NCBI GenBank assembly: GCA_945917765.1
Contig: CAMEHU010000004.1
Location: forward strand, 14,925 to 78,924
Reading direction: 5' to 3'
From: an uncultured Lachnospiraceae bacterium
GTDB taxonomy: Bacteria; Bacillota; Clostridia; TANB77; CAG-508
Length of the DNA: 64,000 nucleotides
Position numbers and translations under genes: made by a program. This document shows positions 12,001-22,328 of this stretch, piece after piece. Within the stretch, counting starts at the first letter, position 1. Every line of letters starts with the position of its first letter. The notes beneath the pieces were generated by a model. The model saw only the letters and a list, made by a program, of their open reading frames with translations, was not told the DNA's origin and did not search any database.

Positions 12001-13361
12001 CACTTTTAGCAAGTATGAATAAGAGATTAAATTCAAAAATTGAAAAAGGTGATGGAGATTATAGTGTTCATAGAAAAATTTTCACTAAAGAAATGAAAAA
12101 TAATTATACTATTTTATGTCCTCAAATGGCACCTATTCACTTTGAATTTCTAGAATCTGCTGTTAGATCTTCTGGATACAATTTAGTTTTATTAAGAGAT
12201 TGTAGCAGTCATACAGTTGAAACAGGTTTAAAATATGTAAATAATGATGCATGTTACCCTTCAATTTTAGTTACTGGACAAATGATTGAAGCTTTAGAAT
12301 CAGGAAAATATGATTTAAATAAAACAGCTTTAATTATTTCTCAAACTGGTGGAGGTTGTAGAGCAACAAATTATATCGGATTTATTAGAAAAGCCTTGAA
12401 AGATGCCGGATTTGCTGATATTCCTGTTATTTCATTTAATGTTGTTGGAATGGAAAAAATGCCAGGATTTAAAATAACTTTACCTTTAATTGAAAGATTA
12501 TTAAAAATGTGTGTTTATGCAGATTTACTTCAAAAATTAGTAACAAAAAACAGAGCATATGAAGTTAACAAAGGTGAATCTAATAAATTGTTTGACGATT
12601 GGATGGAAAAATGTAAAAAATTAATTGAAAAATCTACAATGAAACAATTCAAGAAAAGCATTTATGAAATTGTTGAGGATTTCGAAAAAATTGAGCTTGA
12701 TAAAACTGTTGAGAAACCTAAAGTTGGAATCGTTGGAGAAGTTTTAATTAAATATCATCCTTTTGGTAATAATTTTATTGTTGATAAACTTGAAGCAGAT
12801 GGTGCAGAGGTTATTTTACCTGATTTTATGGGATTTATTAAATTTATTTGTACACATAAAATAACATTTAATCAATTAATTAAATCTGGAAATCTTAAGG
12901 CTAGTATATTTAAAGCTGTTATAAAATTAATTGATGTTGTTGAAAAAGATGTTGTTAATGCATTAAAAAAATCCGAAAAAGGTTATTTACTACCTTGCAA
13001 CATTTGGGAGCTTGAAAGTAAAGTTGAAGATATATTATCTATTGGAAATCAAACTGGTGAAGGTTGGTTTTTAACTGCTGAAATGATTGAATATATTGAA
13101 CATGGGATTCCAAATATTGTTTGTGTTCAACCTTTTGCATGTTTACCAAATCATGTTGTTGGTAAAGGTGTTATAAAAACAATTCGTTCTAAGTTCCCTG
13201 ATGCAAATATTGCTCCTATTGATTATGACCCTGGTGCAAGCGAAACAAATCAAACTAACAGGTTGAAGTTATTTATGACTGTTGCAAAAGATAACTTAGA
13301 AATGAAAAATAAAGAAAAACACTCTACAGATTCTGAAAATGATTCATTAATTCATACATAA
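9060..13361 (+). CDS. Fused 2-hydroxyacyl-CoA dehydratase activase-like protein (two BcrAD/BadFG ATPase modules plus HgdB/DUF2229-like C-terminal region)
   Basis: Two acetate/sugar-kinase-fold starts (GVDVGSTTVKIV, GIDAGSTTTKLV), a Cys cluster CNRCENHC, and a long C-terminal dehydratase-like part. ATG 9060 after GAGAGGAG RBS. Confidence 0.85.
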   Translation: MNNVLHVGVDVGSTTVKIVVLNSDLQVLFENYQRHYSDTKNTICTVLEDLIKKYPEYYYTIALTGSGAMSAAKFLDLPFIQEVVSCKRSVEKYIPQTDVVIELGGEDAKIIYFDKFIEQRMNGTCAGGTGAFIDQMAALLHTDSAGLNELAKNYKTIYPIASRCGVFAKTDIQPLLNEGAAKEDIAVSIFQAVVNQTISGLACGRPIRGNVAFLGGPLNYLSELRNRFIETLNLQPEQIIVPDEAHLFVAKGAALDSLSASAVSAQNLSSKIEVLRNSVDKSSTSLAPLFSIDADYEDFKVRHSKDTVKKEDLSSYEGDCFIGIDAGSTTTKLVLIDGEGNLLYSLYGSNEGNPLNSVIKMLKDLYNKLPSNAKIRYSGVTGYGEKLIQTALKVDLNEIETIAHYTAAKEFMPEVTSIVDIGGQDMKYIKIKNGTIDNIMLNEACSSGCGSFIETFAKSLNLSISEFVNSALEARNPVDLGSRCTVFMNSKIKQAQKEGFTVGDISAGLSYSVIKNAIQKVMKIRDMKTLGDNIVVQGGTFYNDAVLRAFELIVGKNVVRPDIAGLMGAYGVALLAKQQYEANLDMEYHSNILGINELDNLEIQTSHVRCNRCENHCLLTINKFNDGSRCITGNRCEKGEGIVSSSEQLPNLVKYKYERTFNYTPLDATEAKRGTIGIPRVLNMYEDYPFWFTFLTNLGFRVIISEKSNRKTYEKGIESMPSESVCFPAKLSHGHIISLINSGITTIFYPCIPYSRKEFKESNNRYNCPIVTSYPEVLKNNVEELKSKNINFLNPFLPFEAKKLAQTIMDLPEFASYNFTKKELLNAAKKAEEEYQNYKNDIHKKGEETVKYLNDNNLKGIVLAGRPYHMDPEVNHGIDTLITSLGLSVLTEDSVCHLTTDRKPLRAVDQWTYHSRLYNAADFVGRTDNLELVQLNSFGCGVDAVTTDQVEEILTSYGKMYTLIKIDEINNLGAVRIRIRSLLASMNKRLNSKIEKGDGDYSVHRKIFTKEMKNNYTILCPQMAPIHFEFLESAVRSSGYNLVLLRDCSSHTVETGLKYVNNDACYPSILVTGQMIEALESGKYDLNKTALIISQTGGGCRATNYIGFIRKALKDAGFADIPVISFNVVGMEKMPGFKITLPLIERLLKMCVYADLLQKLVTKNRAYEVNKGESNKLFDDWMEKCKKLIEKSTMKQFKKSIYEIVEDFEKIELDKTVEKPKVGIVGEVLIKYHPFGNNFIVDKLEADGAEVILPDFMGFIKFICTHKITFNQLIKSGNLKASIFKAVIKLIDVVEKDVVNALKKSEKGYLLPCNIWELESKVEDILSIGNQTGEGWFLTAEMIEYIEHGIPNIVCVQPFACLPNHVVGKGVIKTIRSKFPDANIAPIDYDPGASETNQTNRLKLFMTVAKDNLEMKNKEKHSTDSENDSLIHT

Positions 13362-13367
13362 AATAAA

Positions 13368-13415
13368 ATAGCTTAATGTTTTGATAAAATTCAAATCATT
13401 AAGCTATTTTTTTAT
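13368..13415 (+). terminator. Rho-independent terminator
   Basis: Stem atagcttaatg / cattaagctat (13368-13378 / 13397-13407) followed by T7. Confidence 0.75.
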
Positions 13416-13540
13416 TTTAATTTTCACCATTATTTTGTAATTTTCTATTTGTTTTATACAAATCATTATCACTCGATATTAAAATATCCACATTTTCTAT
13501 AATAGATGTATATAATATAATGTCATTCCTCTCTAATATC

Positions 13541-13577
13541 AAAAAAAACATTGCAATTATAAAAATTGCAATGTTTT
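13541..13577 (-). terminator. Terminator downstream of the tRNA-Ser pair
   Basis: Stem aacattgcaatt / aattgcaatgtt; on the minus strand it is followed by a T8 run. Confidence 0.7.
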
Positions 13578-13580
13578 CTT

Positions 13581-13672
13581 TGGCGGAGGCGAGAAGATTC
13601 GAACTTCCGCGGCCCTTAACGAACCCTAATTGTTTAGCAAACAATCCCCTTCAGCCTCTTGGGTACGCCTCC
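13581..13672 (-). tRNA. tRNA-Ser (anticodon GCU), encoded CCA
   Basis: The reverse complement folds as a class II tRNA: GGAGGCG acceptor, anticodon loop TTGCTAA, long variable arm, GTTCGAATC T-loop, CCA end. Confidence 0.9.
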
Positions 13673-13737
13673 ATATAAAAAAAGAAAAGATAATGTACAA
13701 ACTTGCTTGCCGTACATTATCTTTTCTTTAGCAAGTT

Positions 13738-13829
<92 letters not shown>

Positions 13830-14074
13830 GTTTGTTTTAACAACAAATATATATTAGCACATTTATAGCTCCTTTGTCAATACCTAAAATAAAAAAAATA
13901 GTGGTTTGTTTTAATTTTAAGTTACAATTATATTTTTCACTGATTTTTCGTTTATATACAGCAAAATTATATGTACTAGAATTAAATCAAACCGCCATTT
14001 TATAATTTTTTTATTAAATAAAAAAACTATCTATTTAGTAATTAGCATCTTTTTACACTTATATATTTTTATAT

Positions 14075-14941
14075 TTATTTATTTTTTACTAATTCCATAA
14101 TTCTCTCTAAATCTTCATTAGATGAATATCTTATAATAATTTTACCACTTTTTTTACCAGCCTCTAAGCTTACTTTTGTTCCAAAATATCCTTGGAAAGT
14201 TTCTTCAATATCTTGAATTATTGCATCATATCTAGGTGCTCTTTTTAATCGCTTATTACTTTTTACTTTTCTTTCAATATCTCTAACATTATCACCTTTT
14301 TCAATTATTTGTAATGCAGCTTCATATTGTTTGTCCAAATCATCATATCTAAGTAAAGTACGAGCATGTGACTCAGATAATTTACCTTGAATTACTAAAT
14401 CTGAAACTCTTGGGTCAAGATTTAAAAGTCTTACTGTATTTGCCAATGCACTTCTACTAATTCCCATTGTATCAGCTAATTCTTGTTGTGTTAATCCATA
14501 TTGGTCAATTAATTCCTTAAAACCTTTTGCTTTTTCAATTGGATTTAGGTCTTCTCTTTGAATATTTTCAATTAATGCTATTTCTTTATTTTTTCTTTCA
14601 GTATCTTCTCTTACAATGCAAGGCATTTCCTCTAATCCTGCTTTTTTAGCAGCTCTCCAGCGTCTTTCACCTGCAATAATTTCATAATAATCTTCTTTTT
14701 TTGTAACAATTATTGGTTGAATTACACCATATGTTTTAATAGATTCTGCTAATTCATCTATACTTTCTTCATTAAAAGTTCTTCTAGGTTGATTTTTATT
14801 TGGTTCAATTTCTCTAATTTTGATTTTGTGAACTATTTCTTCACCATCTTTTATCTCAATTTTATTTTCATCATTATCTTCAATCATATTATCATTAAAT
14901 AAAGCCCCTAAACCTTTCCCTAAGCCTGTTTTCTTAGCCAT
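14075..14941 (-). CDS. parB: Chromosome partitioning protein ParB/Spo0J
   Basis: IIAGERRWRAAKKAG ParB box and an HTH region; downstream of soj. Confidence 0.9.
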   Translation of the reverse strand: MAKKTGLGKGLGALFNDNMIEDNDENKIEIKDGEEIVHKIKIREIEPNKNQPRRTFNEESIDELAESIKTYGVIQPIIVTKKEDYYEIIAGERRWRAAKKAGLEEMPCIVREDTERKNKEIALIENIQREDLNPIEKAKGFKELIDQYGLTQQELADTMGISRSALANTVRLLNLDPRVSDLVIQGKLSESHARTLLRYDDLDKQYEAALQIIEKGDNVRDIERKVKSNKRLKRAPRYDAIIQDIEETFQGYFGTKVSLEAGKKSGKIIIRYSSNEDLERIMELVKNK

Positions 14942-14990
14942 TATAATACCCCCTATTCAATTTTGTGTCAGTTTTATGTCGACATAATTT

Positions 14991-15773
14991 TTATTTCATA
15001 TGTCTTCCTTTAGCTTCATTATTTTTTATTAGTTCTTTTGTGAATTTTTCGTAGCATTTTGCACCTTTTGAACGTGCATCATACATACATATTGGCATTC
15101 CATAGCTTGGTGCTTCACTTAGTTTAACATTTCTTGGAATAACTGTTTTATAAACTTTGTCATCAAAATAATTCTTTACTTCTTTAACAACTTGATTTGA
15201 TAAATTTGTTCTTGCATCATACATTGTTAATAAAGCACCCTCAATTGATAAACTCTTATTCATTCTTTTCTTAACCAAATTAATAGTATTAATAAGTTGT
15301 CCTAAACCTTCTAACGCATAGTATTCACATTGTATAGGAATCAATACACTATCTGATGCTGTAAATGCATTTAATGTTACTAATCCTAATGAAGGTGGAC
15401 AATCAATAATAATATAATCGTAATTGTCTTTATATTTATCTAATTTATCTTTTAATTTATACTCTCTCTCTTTTGCTGATACAAGCTGAACTTCAGCTCC
15501 TGCAAGGTTTATGTTTGATGGACATACTTCTAAATTTTTAACTTCTGTTTTTTGAATAGTATTTTCTATATCAACTCCATCAACTAATACATCGTAAACT
15601 GAGAATTGTACAGATTTATCAACACCTACACCACTTGTGGCATTACCTTGTGGATCTGTATCTATTAATAAAACTCTTTTACCTTTTTTGGCAAGTGAAG
15701 CGCTCAAATTAACTGCAGTTGTTGTTTTTCCTACTCCACCTTTTTGGTTTGCTACTGAAATAATTTTTCCCAC
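14991..15773 (-). CDS. soj: Chromosome partitioning ATPase ParA/Soj
   Basis: Deviant Walker A NQKGGVGKTTT; GTG start after GGAGG. Confidence 0.9.
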   Translation of the reverse strand: MGKIISVANQKGGVGKTTTAVNLSASLAKKGKRVLLIDTDPQGNATSGVGVDKSVQFSVYDVLVDGVDIENTIQKTEVKNLEVCPSNINLAGAEVQLVSAKEREYKLKDKLDKYKDNYDYIIIDCPPSLGLVTLNAFTASDSVLIPIQCEYYALEGLGQLINTINLVKKRMNKSLSIEGALLTMYDARTNLSNQVVKEVKNYFDDKVYKTVIPRNVKLSEAPSYGMPICMYDARSKGAKCYEKFTKELIKNNEAKGRHMK

Positions 15774-16057
15774 GACTATACCTCCATATTAATTTCTTTC
15801 CTTTCTATGATATAAAAAGTTTTATTATATGTCAATATGATTTTTTACATTTTCACTATTTTTTATCTTATATTTTTAATAAAAAACATGTTTCACAACA
15901 AACGATTTTTTGGAATTAGCTATTGACAATTGTTTTCGAATATGCATGTCGTTTTGAAAGCGACCTAAAAAAATTCCTACTTATAAAATATATATAAGTA
16001 GGAATTTTTTTAATATACTCTATATGTTTTTCAACTTGTGTAGTCACATGTTTCAAC

Positions 16058-16085
16058 AAAAAGCAGAATTAATTTCTGCTTTTTT
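16058..16085 (-). terminator. Terminator after rsmG
   Basis: agcagaa-ttaa-ttctgct stem flanked by A and T runs, immediately downstream of the rsmG stop. Confidence 0.7.
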
Positions 16086-16086
16086 A

Positions 16087-16818
16087 TTATCTAATCGGTT
16101 CTTTAGACGGAGTTCCTGGTTTTCTTGGATATCTACCAGGTGTGCTCGCTGTTTTTTTAACAACAATTATGTTTCTACCATAATCACTCTCAGGTAATTC
16201 AAATTTGATAATATTCTCTATTTTGCCATTTAGCAATGTTAAAGCTTTTTTAGAGTTTTCTAATTCTTCATCAATGTTAGAACCTTTCATACAAATGCAA
16301 TATCCTCCAACTTTAACAAATGGAAGCATATACTCTAGAAGAACATCTAAAGAAGCTACAGCTCTTGATGTAGCAACATCAAATTGTTCTCTATAATCTT
16401 TATTTCTTCCTAACTCTTCAGCTCTACTATGAATAGTATCAACATTATTCAAGCAATTTTCCTTAATTACTTCATCTAAAAAATTAATTCTTTTGTTTAA
16501 TGAATCCATTAAAGTGATTTTTAAATCATTTCGAATAATACTTAATGGAATTCCAGGAAATCCTGCTCCTGTGCCTACATCTATTACTTTTGAGTCATTT
16601 TTTATACTGTTTTCAATTGTAATTGAGTCTATAAAATGTTTTAAAATTATATCATTTGGTTCTGTAATTGCAGTTAGATTCATTTTATTATTCCAATCTA
16701 CTAATAATTCCATATATTTATAGAATTTAGAAATTTGTTCATCTGTAATTTCAACATCAATTTTTTGGCAAAAATCTTTCATTTTAGCCCCAAATTCATT
16801 GATTTCCATTTGACGCAT
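16087..16818 (-). CDS. rsmG: 16S rRNA (guanine527-N7)-methyltransferase
   Basis: GidB-family sequence with DVGTGAGFPGIPL SAM motif; synteny with mnmG. Confidence 0.9.
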   Translation of the reverse strand: MRQMEINEFGAKMKDFCQKIDVEITDEQISKFYKYMELLVDWNNKMNLTAITEPNDIILKHFIDSITIENSIKNDSKVIDVGTGAGFPGIPLSIIRNDLKITLMDSLNKRINFLDEVIKENCLNNVDTIHSRAEELGRNKDYREQFDVATSRAVASLDVLLEYMLPFVKVGGYCICMKGSNIDEELENSKKALTLLNGKIENIIKFELPESDYGRNIIVVKKTASTPGRYPRKPGTPSKEPIR

Positions 16819-16835
16819 CTCCTTTCAATTATATA

Positions 16836-18716
16836 TTATTTATTACCTTTTTCTTGTTCAATATAAATATGTAACACATTAACATCTGCTGGTGAAACCC
16901 CTGATATTCTTGAGGCTTGACCTATTGATAATGGTCTAATTTTATCTAGTTTTTGTCTTGCTTCTAATCGTAATCCTTTAATTTCAGAATAAATAATATC
17001 ATCTGGAATTTTCTTTTTCTCTAATTTTTTGAATTTATCAACTTGAGCCTCTTGTAATTTAATATATCCCTCATATTTTACTTGAATTTCAACTTCTTCA
17101 GCCTCTACTGCTGATAATTCTGGTCTATTTATATCTATTTCTTTTAATTTTTCGTAATTTAATTCACTTCTCTTTAATAAGTCAACTAATTTAATTCCCC
17201 CAGATAAAACAGATGAATTATTTTTTTCTAAAAATGCGTTAACTTCGCTTGTAGGCTTGATTGTAGTAGTTCTTAGTCTTTCAATTTCTTCATTAATTCT
17301 TGCTCTTTTTTCGCAGAATTTTTTATATCTTTCTTCAGAAATTAACCCCACTTTATATCCGATATCAGTCAATCTCAAATCAGTATTATCTTGTCTTAAA
17401 AGTAGTCTATATTCAGCTCTTGAAGTCATCATTCTATATGGTTCGTTTGTTCCTTTTGTTACTATATCATCAATTAAAACTCCAATATACGCCTGTGATC
17501 TGTCTAATATAACAGGTTCATCACCTCTTAATTTTAAAACAGCATTAATTCCAGCAATAATGCCTTGTGAAGCTGCTTCTTCATAACCTGATGTACCGTT
17601 GATTTGTCCAGCAAAAAATAAGTTTTCTATTTTTTTATGCTCTAAACTTAATTTTAATTCAGATGGATCAATACAATCATATTCAATTGCATATGCAGGT
17701 CTTGTAAATTCAACATTTTCTAGCCCTGCAATTGATCTGTACATCTCTATTTGAACATCTTCAGGCAATGATGAACTCATTCCTTGAACATACATTTCGT
17801 CTGTGTTTCTACCCATTGGTTCAATAAAAATTTGATGTCTCTCTTTATCAGCAAATCTAACAACTTTATCCTCGATTGAAGGGCAATATCTTGGTCCAGT
17901 ACCTTTTATTGTTCCAGAATATAAAGGTGAACGATGTAGATTATTTCTGATTATTTCGTGTGTTTTAGCATTTGTATATGTTAAATAACATGGTAATTGC
18001 TCTAGATTTTCGTCTATCTCATCTTCAAAAGAAAATGCAGTTAATTTTGTGTCACCTTCTTGAATTTCCATTTTAGAAAAATCTACGCTTTTTCTGTTTA
18101 TTCTCGCTGGTGTACCTGTTTTAAATCTTACTAAATCAATTCCTAAATTTTTCAATGCATCTGATAAACGATTAGCTGGAAACACGCCATCAGGGCCACT
18201 TTCAAAAGATGTTTCACCTATATGTATTTTTCCTTTTAAATAAGTTCCAGTAGCTAAAATTAATGCGTCAACATCATAAATAGCACCAATATTTGTTTCT
18301 ATTGATTTTATTTTTCCATTTTCAACTTTTATATCAACAATTTCCGCCTGTTTCATATATAAGTTTTCTTGTTTTTCAATTGTATGCTTCATTTCCATTT
18401 GATACATCTTTCTATCTGCTTGTGCTCTTAAAGAATACACAGCTGGCCCTTTTGATGTATTTAGCATACGCAATTGTATAAGTGTTTTATCAATATTTTT
18501 TCCCATTTCTCCACCTAAACAATCAATTTCTCTTACTAAATGACCTTTTGAACTTCCCCCTATATGAGGATTACATGGCATATTTGCCACTGCCTCTAAG
18601 CTTATTGAAAACATTAAAGTTTTCATTCCCATTCTGGCAGCAGCTAGTGCTGCCTCACATCCTGCATGTCCAGCTCCTACAACTGCAACATCATATTTTC
18701 CTGCATAATAACTCAT
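16836..18716 (-). CDS. mnmG: tRNA uridine 5-carboxymethylaminomethyl modification enzyme MnmG (GidA)
   Basis: 626 aa; FAD N-terminus [15 protein letters not shown]; conserved throughout. Confidence 0.95.
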   Translation of the reverse strand: MSYYAGKYDVAVVGAGHAGCEAALAAARMGMKTLMFSISLEAVANMPCNPHIGGSSKGHLVREIDCLGGEMGKNIDKTLIQLRMLNTSKGPAVYSLRAQADRKMYQMEMKHTIEKQENLYMKQAEIVDIKVENGKIKSIETNIGAIYDVDALILATGTYLKGKIHIGETSFESGPDGVFPANRLSDALKNLGIDLVRFKTGTPARINRKSVDFSKMEIQEGDTKLTAFSFEDEIDENLEQLPCYLTYTNAKTHEIIRNNLHRSPLYSGTIKGTGPRYCPSIEDKVVRFADKERHQIFIEPMGRNTDEMYVQGMSSSLPEDVQIEMYRSIAGLENVEFTRPAYAIEYDCIDPSELKLSLEHKKIENLFFAGQINGTSGYEEAASQGIIAGINAVLKLRGDEPVILDRSQAYIGVLIDDIVTKGTNEPYRMMTSRAEYRLLLRQDNTDLRLTDIGYKVGLISEERYKKFCEKRARINEEIERLRTTTIKPTSEVNAFLEKNNSSVLSGGIKLVDLLKRSELNYEKLKEIDINRPELSAVEAEEVEIQVKYEGYIKLQEAQVDKFKKLEKKKIPDDIIYSEIKGLRLEARQKLDKIRPLSIGQASRISGVSPADVNVLHIYIEQEKGNK

Positions 18717-19002
18717 TTTATTCTCCCTCTTTTTCTAAAATATCTTTTTTTATATATTTTTTATTGATTAATCAATACTATATACTGCCTTTTCGATAAT
18801 TAATTATGAATCACTTTTATTGTTTACATAATTCTTGTTGTTCTCTTTTATATTTTTTTCTCCATTAACTAATTTTCTTACACAAGAATTTCTGCTCAGA
18901 ATCAAAAATAAGACATTTTTATTGCTCAAACAACATATTTATCGTTTTTATATTATAAACTTCTTATTTTTGATTTATTTGTATCAAACAAATTAACGTT
19001 TT

Positions 19003-20376
19003 TTATTTTCCTAAACAAAATTTTGAAAATATTTCATTAATAATATCCTCAGAAACATCTTCGCCAGTAATAGCTGATAAATCATTTAAAATTTGCTTAA
19101 TTGGAATGCTTACAATATCTATAGGCATGCCACTATTATTAGACTCTATAGCCTCATTAACACTATTCAAAGCTTTGTCTATTTGATTTTTATGTCTAAT
19201 GTTTGTAATAATAATTCCATCATTCATTTTTATTTCATTTGTTTTAAACATACTAGCAATCTTATCATACAACTCCTCTATTCCGTCACCAGTTTTTGCA
19301 GATATTTTTATTATATTTTTGAAATTATTTTTTATAGATTCATTATTTTCTAAAATTTTATCTCCTATATCTTTTTTGTTTAGCAAAATAATAACCTTTT
19401 TATTTTTTATAATATTTAATATTTCTAAATCTTCGCTTGATAACTCCTTAGAACCATCAAAAATAGCAATAATTAAATCAGCTTCCTCTGATAATTTTAA
19501 CGCTCTTTTTACACCAATTTCTTCTATTTTATCATCTGTTTTTCTAATTCCTGCTGTATCTACAAGCTTTAATGGTACACCTTGAATATTTACAAATTCT
19601 TCTATTGTATCTCTTGTTGTACCTTCAAACTCACTAACTATCGCTCTTTCTTCATTTAAGATTGTATTTAATAATGATGATTTTCCTGCATTTGGTTTTC
19701 CTAAAATAATTGTTTTTACTCCCTCTTTTAGTATTTTCCCATTTTCAAAACTATTTGATAAATTAATTAAATCAGTTTTTATTTCATCTAAAACAGTTTC
19801 TATTTTTTTATTAGTTATTTGTTCAATATCATATTCAGGATAATCAATATTTGCTTCAATGTCAGACATTACATCTAATAATTTGTCTCTAATTACATGT
19901 ATTTTTTGAGATAATTTTCCCTCTAACTGATTTATTGAAGCCTTTGCCTCATTATCAGATTTTGAATTTATTAAATCTATTACAGATTCTGCTTGTGCTA
20001 AATCAATTCTGCCATTTAAAAATGCTCTTTTAGTGAATTCGCCTGGTTCAGCTAATTCCGCACCATTTTGCAAACATAATTGTAATATTTTTTTCTCAAC
20101 AATAATTCCTCCATGTGAATTGATTTCACACATATTTTCTGTAGTGTAGCTTTTAGGGCTTACGAAATATGAAACTAATACTTCATCAATTTTTTCTTGA
20201 TTTTTTGGATTAATTATATAACCAAATTTAATTGTATATCCTTTAATTTCTGTATCATTTTTTTTGATTGGTACAAATATTTTATTTAAAATTTCAAATG
20301 AATTTTTGCCCGTCATTCTAATTATTCCAATTCCGCCATTTCCAGTAGCTGTAGATATAGCAGCGATTGTGCTCAT
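19003..20376 (-). CDS. mnmE: tRNA modification GTPase MnmE (TrmE)
   Basis: G1 GKPNAGKSSLLN, DTAGIR, NKKD, C-terminal FCLGK. Confidence 0.95.
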   Translation of the reverse strand: MSTIAAISTATGNGGIGIIRMTGKNSFEILNKIFVPIKKNDTEIKGYTIKFGYIINPKNQEKIDEVLVSYFVSPKSYTTENMCEINSHGGIIVEKKILQLCLQNGAELAEPGEFTKRAFLNGRIDLAQAESVIDLINSKSDNEAKASINQLEGKLSQKIHVIRDKLLDVMSDIEANIDYPEYDIEQITNKKIETVLDEIKTDLINLSNSFENGKILKEGVKTIILGKPNAGKSSLLNTILNEERAIVSEFEGTTRDTIEEFVNIQGVPLKLVDTAGIRKTDDKIEEIGVKRALKLSEEADLIIAIFDGSKELSSEDLEILNIIKNKKVIILLNKKDIGDKILENNESIKNNFKNIIKISAKTGDGIEELYDKIASMFKTNEIKMNDGIIITNIRHKNQIDKALNSVNEAIESNNSGMPIDIVSIPIKQILNDLSAITGEDVSEDIINEIFSKFCLGK

Positions 20377-20528
20377 TTTTATTCCTCCTTTTTTATTTTT
20401 ATATTTATTTTTATTGCCATAAAATAATAATTAATTTAAATAAAAGTCAAAGTACGAAATCAGTTTAATATACACTATAAAACTAAAATCTGAACTTTGA
20501 CTTCTGATTTTACTTATTAAATTATTTT

Positions 20529-21251
20529 TTATTTTTTTGAAATAACAACTTTTCTGTTAGGTTCTTCGCCTACACTATGTGTTGCTACATATTTATTATC
20601 TTGTAATTTACTGTGAATTACTTTTCTTTCATATGCTCCCATTGGTTCTAAAGTAACTGGTTTTCCAGTTTTTGAAACTGTTTTTGCAACTTTAATTGCT
20701 AATTCTTCCAAAGTTTGTTTTCTTTTATTTCTGTAATTTTCTATATCTAATATTACTTTTATTTTTGAATTATTATTTTTATTTGCAATAGAAGATAAGA
20801 TTGTTTGTAAACTATTTAGTGTTTCTCCTCTATATCCAATTAAACATCCTGAATCTTCCCCAGTAATATTAATTTCAATAACATTATCTTTTATTTCAAC
20901 TGTATAATTAAATTGTTTGTCTGACACAGTTGGTAGGAATTTTTTAATAAATTCATTTAATATGTTTTTTGCGTTTTCTAAATCTTTAATATCAACTATT
21001 CTTTCTTTTCTTTCAGCTTTTACATCATTGTCTGCTTTGTTTTCATTTATTATTTTTGCATTTTCTTTTACTGTAAGTTCAACTTTTACTACTCTTGGAG
21101 CTAATATATTAAAAAAGCTTCTTTTTTCTTCATTTTCAAGTACTTTTATATCTACCATATTTTTTGATACATTTAATTCTTTTAAACCTTTTTCTATTGC
21201 TTCATTGGTTGTTTTTCCCTCGGAAATAATACTTTTAAGCATTTTCCTCAT
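20529..21251 (-). CDS. jag: RNA-binding protein Jag/KhpB (KH + R3H domains)
   Basis: GYRGETLNSLQ (KH) and EPMGAYERKVIH (R3H); position downstream of yidC. Confidence 0.85.
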   Translation of the reverse strand: MRKMLKSIISEGKTTNEAIEKGLKELNVSKNMVDIKVLENEEKRSFFNILAPRVVKVELTVKENAKIINENKADNDVKAERKERIVDIKDLENAKNILNEFIKKFLPTVSDKQFNYTVEIKDNVIEINITGEDSGCLIGYRGETLNSLQTILSSIANKNNNSKIKVILDIENYRNKRKQTLEELAIKVAKTVSKTGKPVTLEPMGAYERKVIHSKLQDNKYVATHSVGEEPNRKVVISKK

Positions 21252-22314
21252 CCTCCTTATTATCCATTATTTTTTCGATAATAAATTTTTCACCAATCAT
21301 CAAAGCATTGCTTACAAACCAATATAAAGCTAAACCTAATGGTGCAATAAATGCAATTGAAACAGTCATAATTGGCATAATATATAACATACTTTTATTC
21401 ATTTGTGCCGCTGCATCAACTTCGTTTTGATCTTTATTTTCTTTAGAATCATTTTTCTTATTCTTCTTGCTTTGTGAAGTCGCATTTAATTTTATTGATG
21501 CAAAAGATGAAATTACATATAAAACAGGAATAATATAAACTTTATAATCTGTTTTATTTTCACTAGGTACTTTACTTAAATCTAGTCCCATGAAATCCAT
21601 ATTAATATTTAATTTTTCTAGTAATTCTTTCTTTCTTACTAATTCATCTTTATTAATATTGTTTTCTTCTATTGTTTCATTATTTTCTGAATTGTTTTCT
21701 GTGTTTGTATTTTCTTCAATTTTTTCTTGTTTATTATTTTCTTCATTATTGTTTTCTACATTTTCATTGTTTTGTTCTATATTATTTTTTTCATCAACAT
21801 TTTCTGAATTAATTTTATCATTAATTTCAACATATGCCTCTTTCATTCTAGAAATTGTAGCAATTTCTAAATATCTTGTTTTGTTATTATTTTCACTTTT
21901 TACTACTTCTTTATATTCATTAACAACATCTCTTAATTCAGGATGTGAATCATTTGCTTTTTTCATATATGTAAGTGGTTGGCTTACCATGTAGAAAACT
22001 GATAATATAATAATAATTTGAACTATTGCACTTAAACATCCGCTAAAAGGTAAAATTTTTTCACTTTTATATAATTCTAGTGTTTCTTTATTCAACATCT
22101 CAGGATTGTTTTTGTATTTAACTTGTAACGCCTTTATTTTTCCTTGAATTTTATTTGTTTTTTTCATTGATTTTTGTTGTTTAATAGTAATTGGCAATAA
22201 TATTATTCTTAATAATACTGAAAATAAAATTATTGCATATCCAAAATTGTTATTTAATAATTCATATAAAAAATTAAGTAAATAACCAAAAATATTTGAA
22301 ATTAATGCTAACAT
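21235..22314 (-). CDS. yidC: Membrane protein insertase YidC/OxaA with large N/E-rich low-complexity insertion
   Basis: YidC core TMs (YAIILFSVLLRIILLPI, C-terminal APLGLALYWFVSN) interrupted by about 90 aa of N/E/K-rich sequence. Confidence 0.85.
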   Translation of the reverse strand: MLALISNIFGYLLNFLYELLNNNFGYAIILFSVLLRIILLPITIKQQKSMKKTNKIQGKIKALQVKYKNNPEMLNKETLELYKSEKILPFSGCLSAIVQIIIILSVFYMVSQPLTYMKKANDSHPELRDVVNEYKEVVKSENNNKTRYLEIATISRMKEAYVEINDKINSENVDEKNNIEQNNENVENNNEENNKQEKIEENTNTENNSENNETIEENNINKDELVRKKELLEKLNINMDFMGLDLSKVPSENKTDYKVYIIPVLYVISSFASIKLNATSQSKKNKKNDSKENKDQNEVDAAAQMNKSMLYIMPIMTVSIAFIAPLGLALYWFVSNALMIGEKFIIEKIMDNKEDEENA

Positions 22315-22328
22315 TTATTTCCTCCTTA

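Noticed and set aside
15880-16060. parS sites near soj/parB (tgtttcac half-sites at about 15888 and about 16048)
   Set aside because: Only half of the 16-bp TGTTNCACGTGAAACA palindrome is present (about 12/16 at best). I could not find a full site by eye, so no parS is called.
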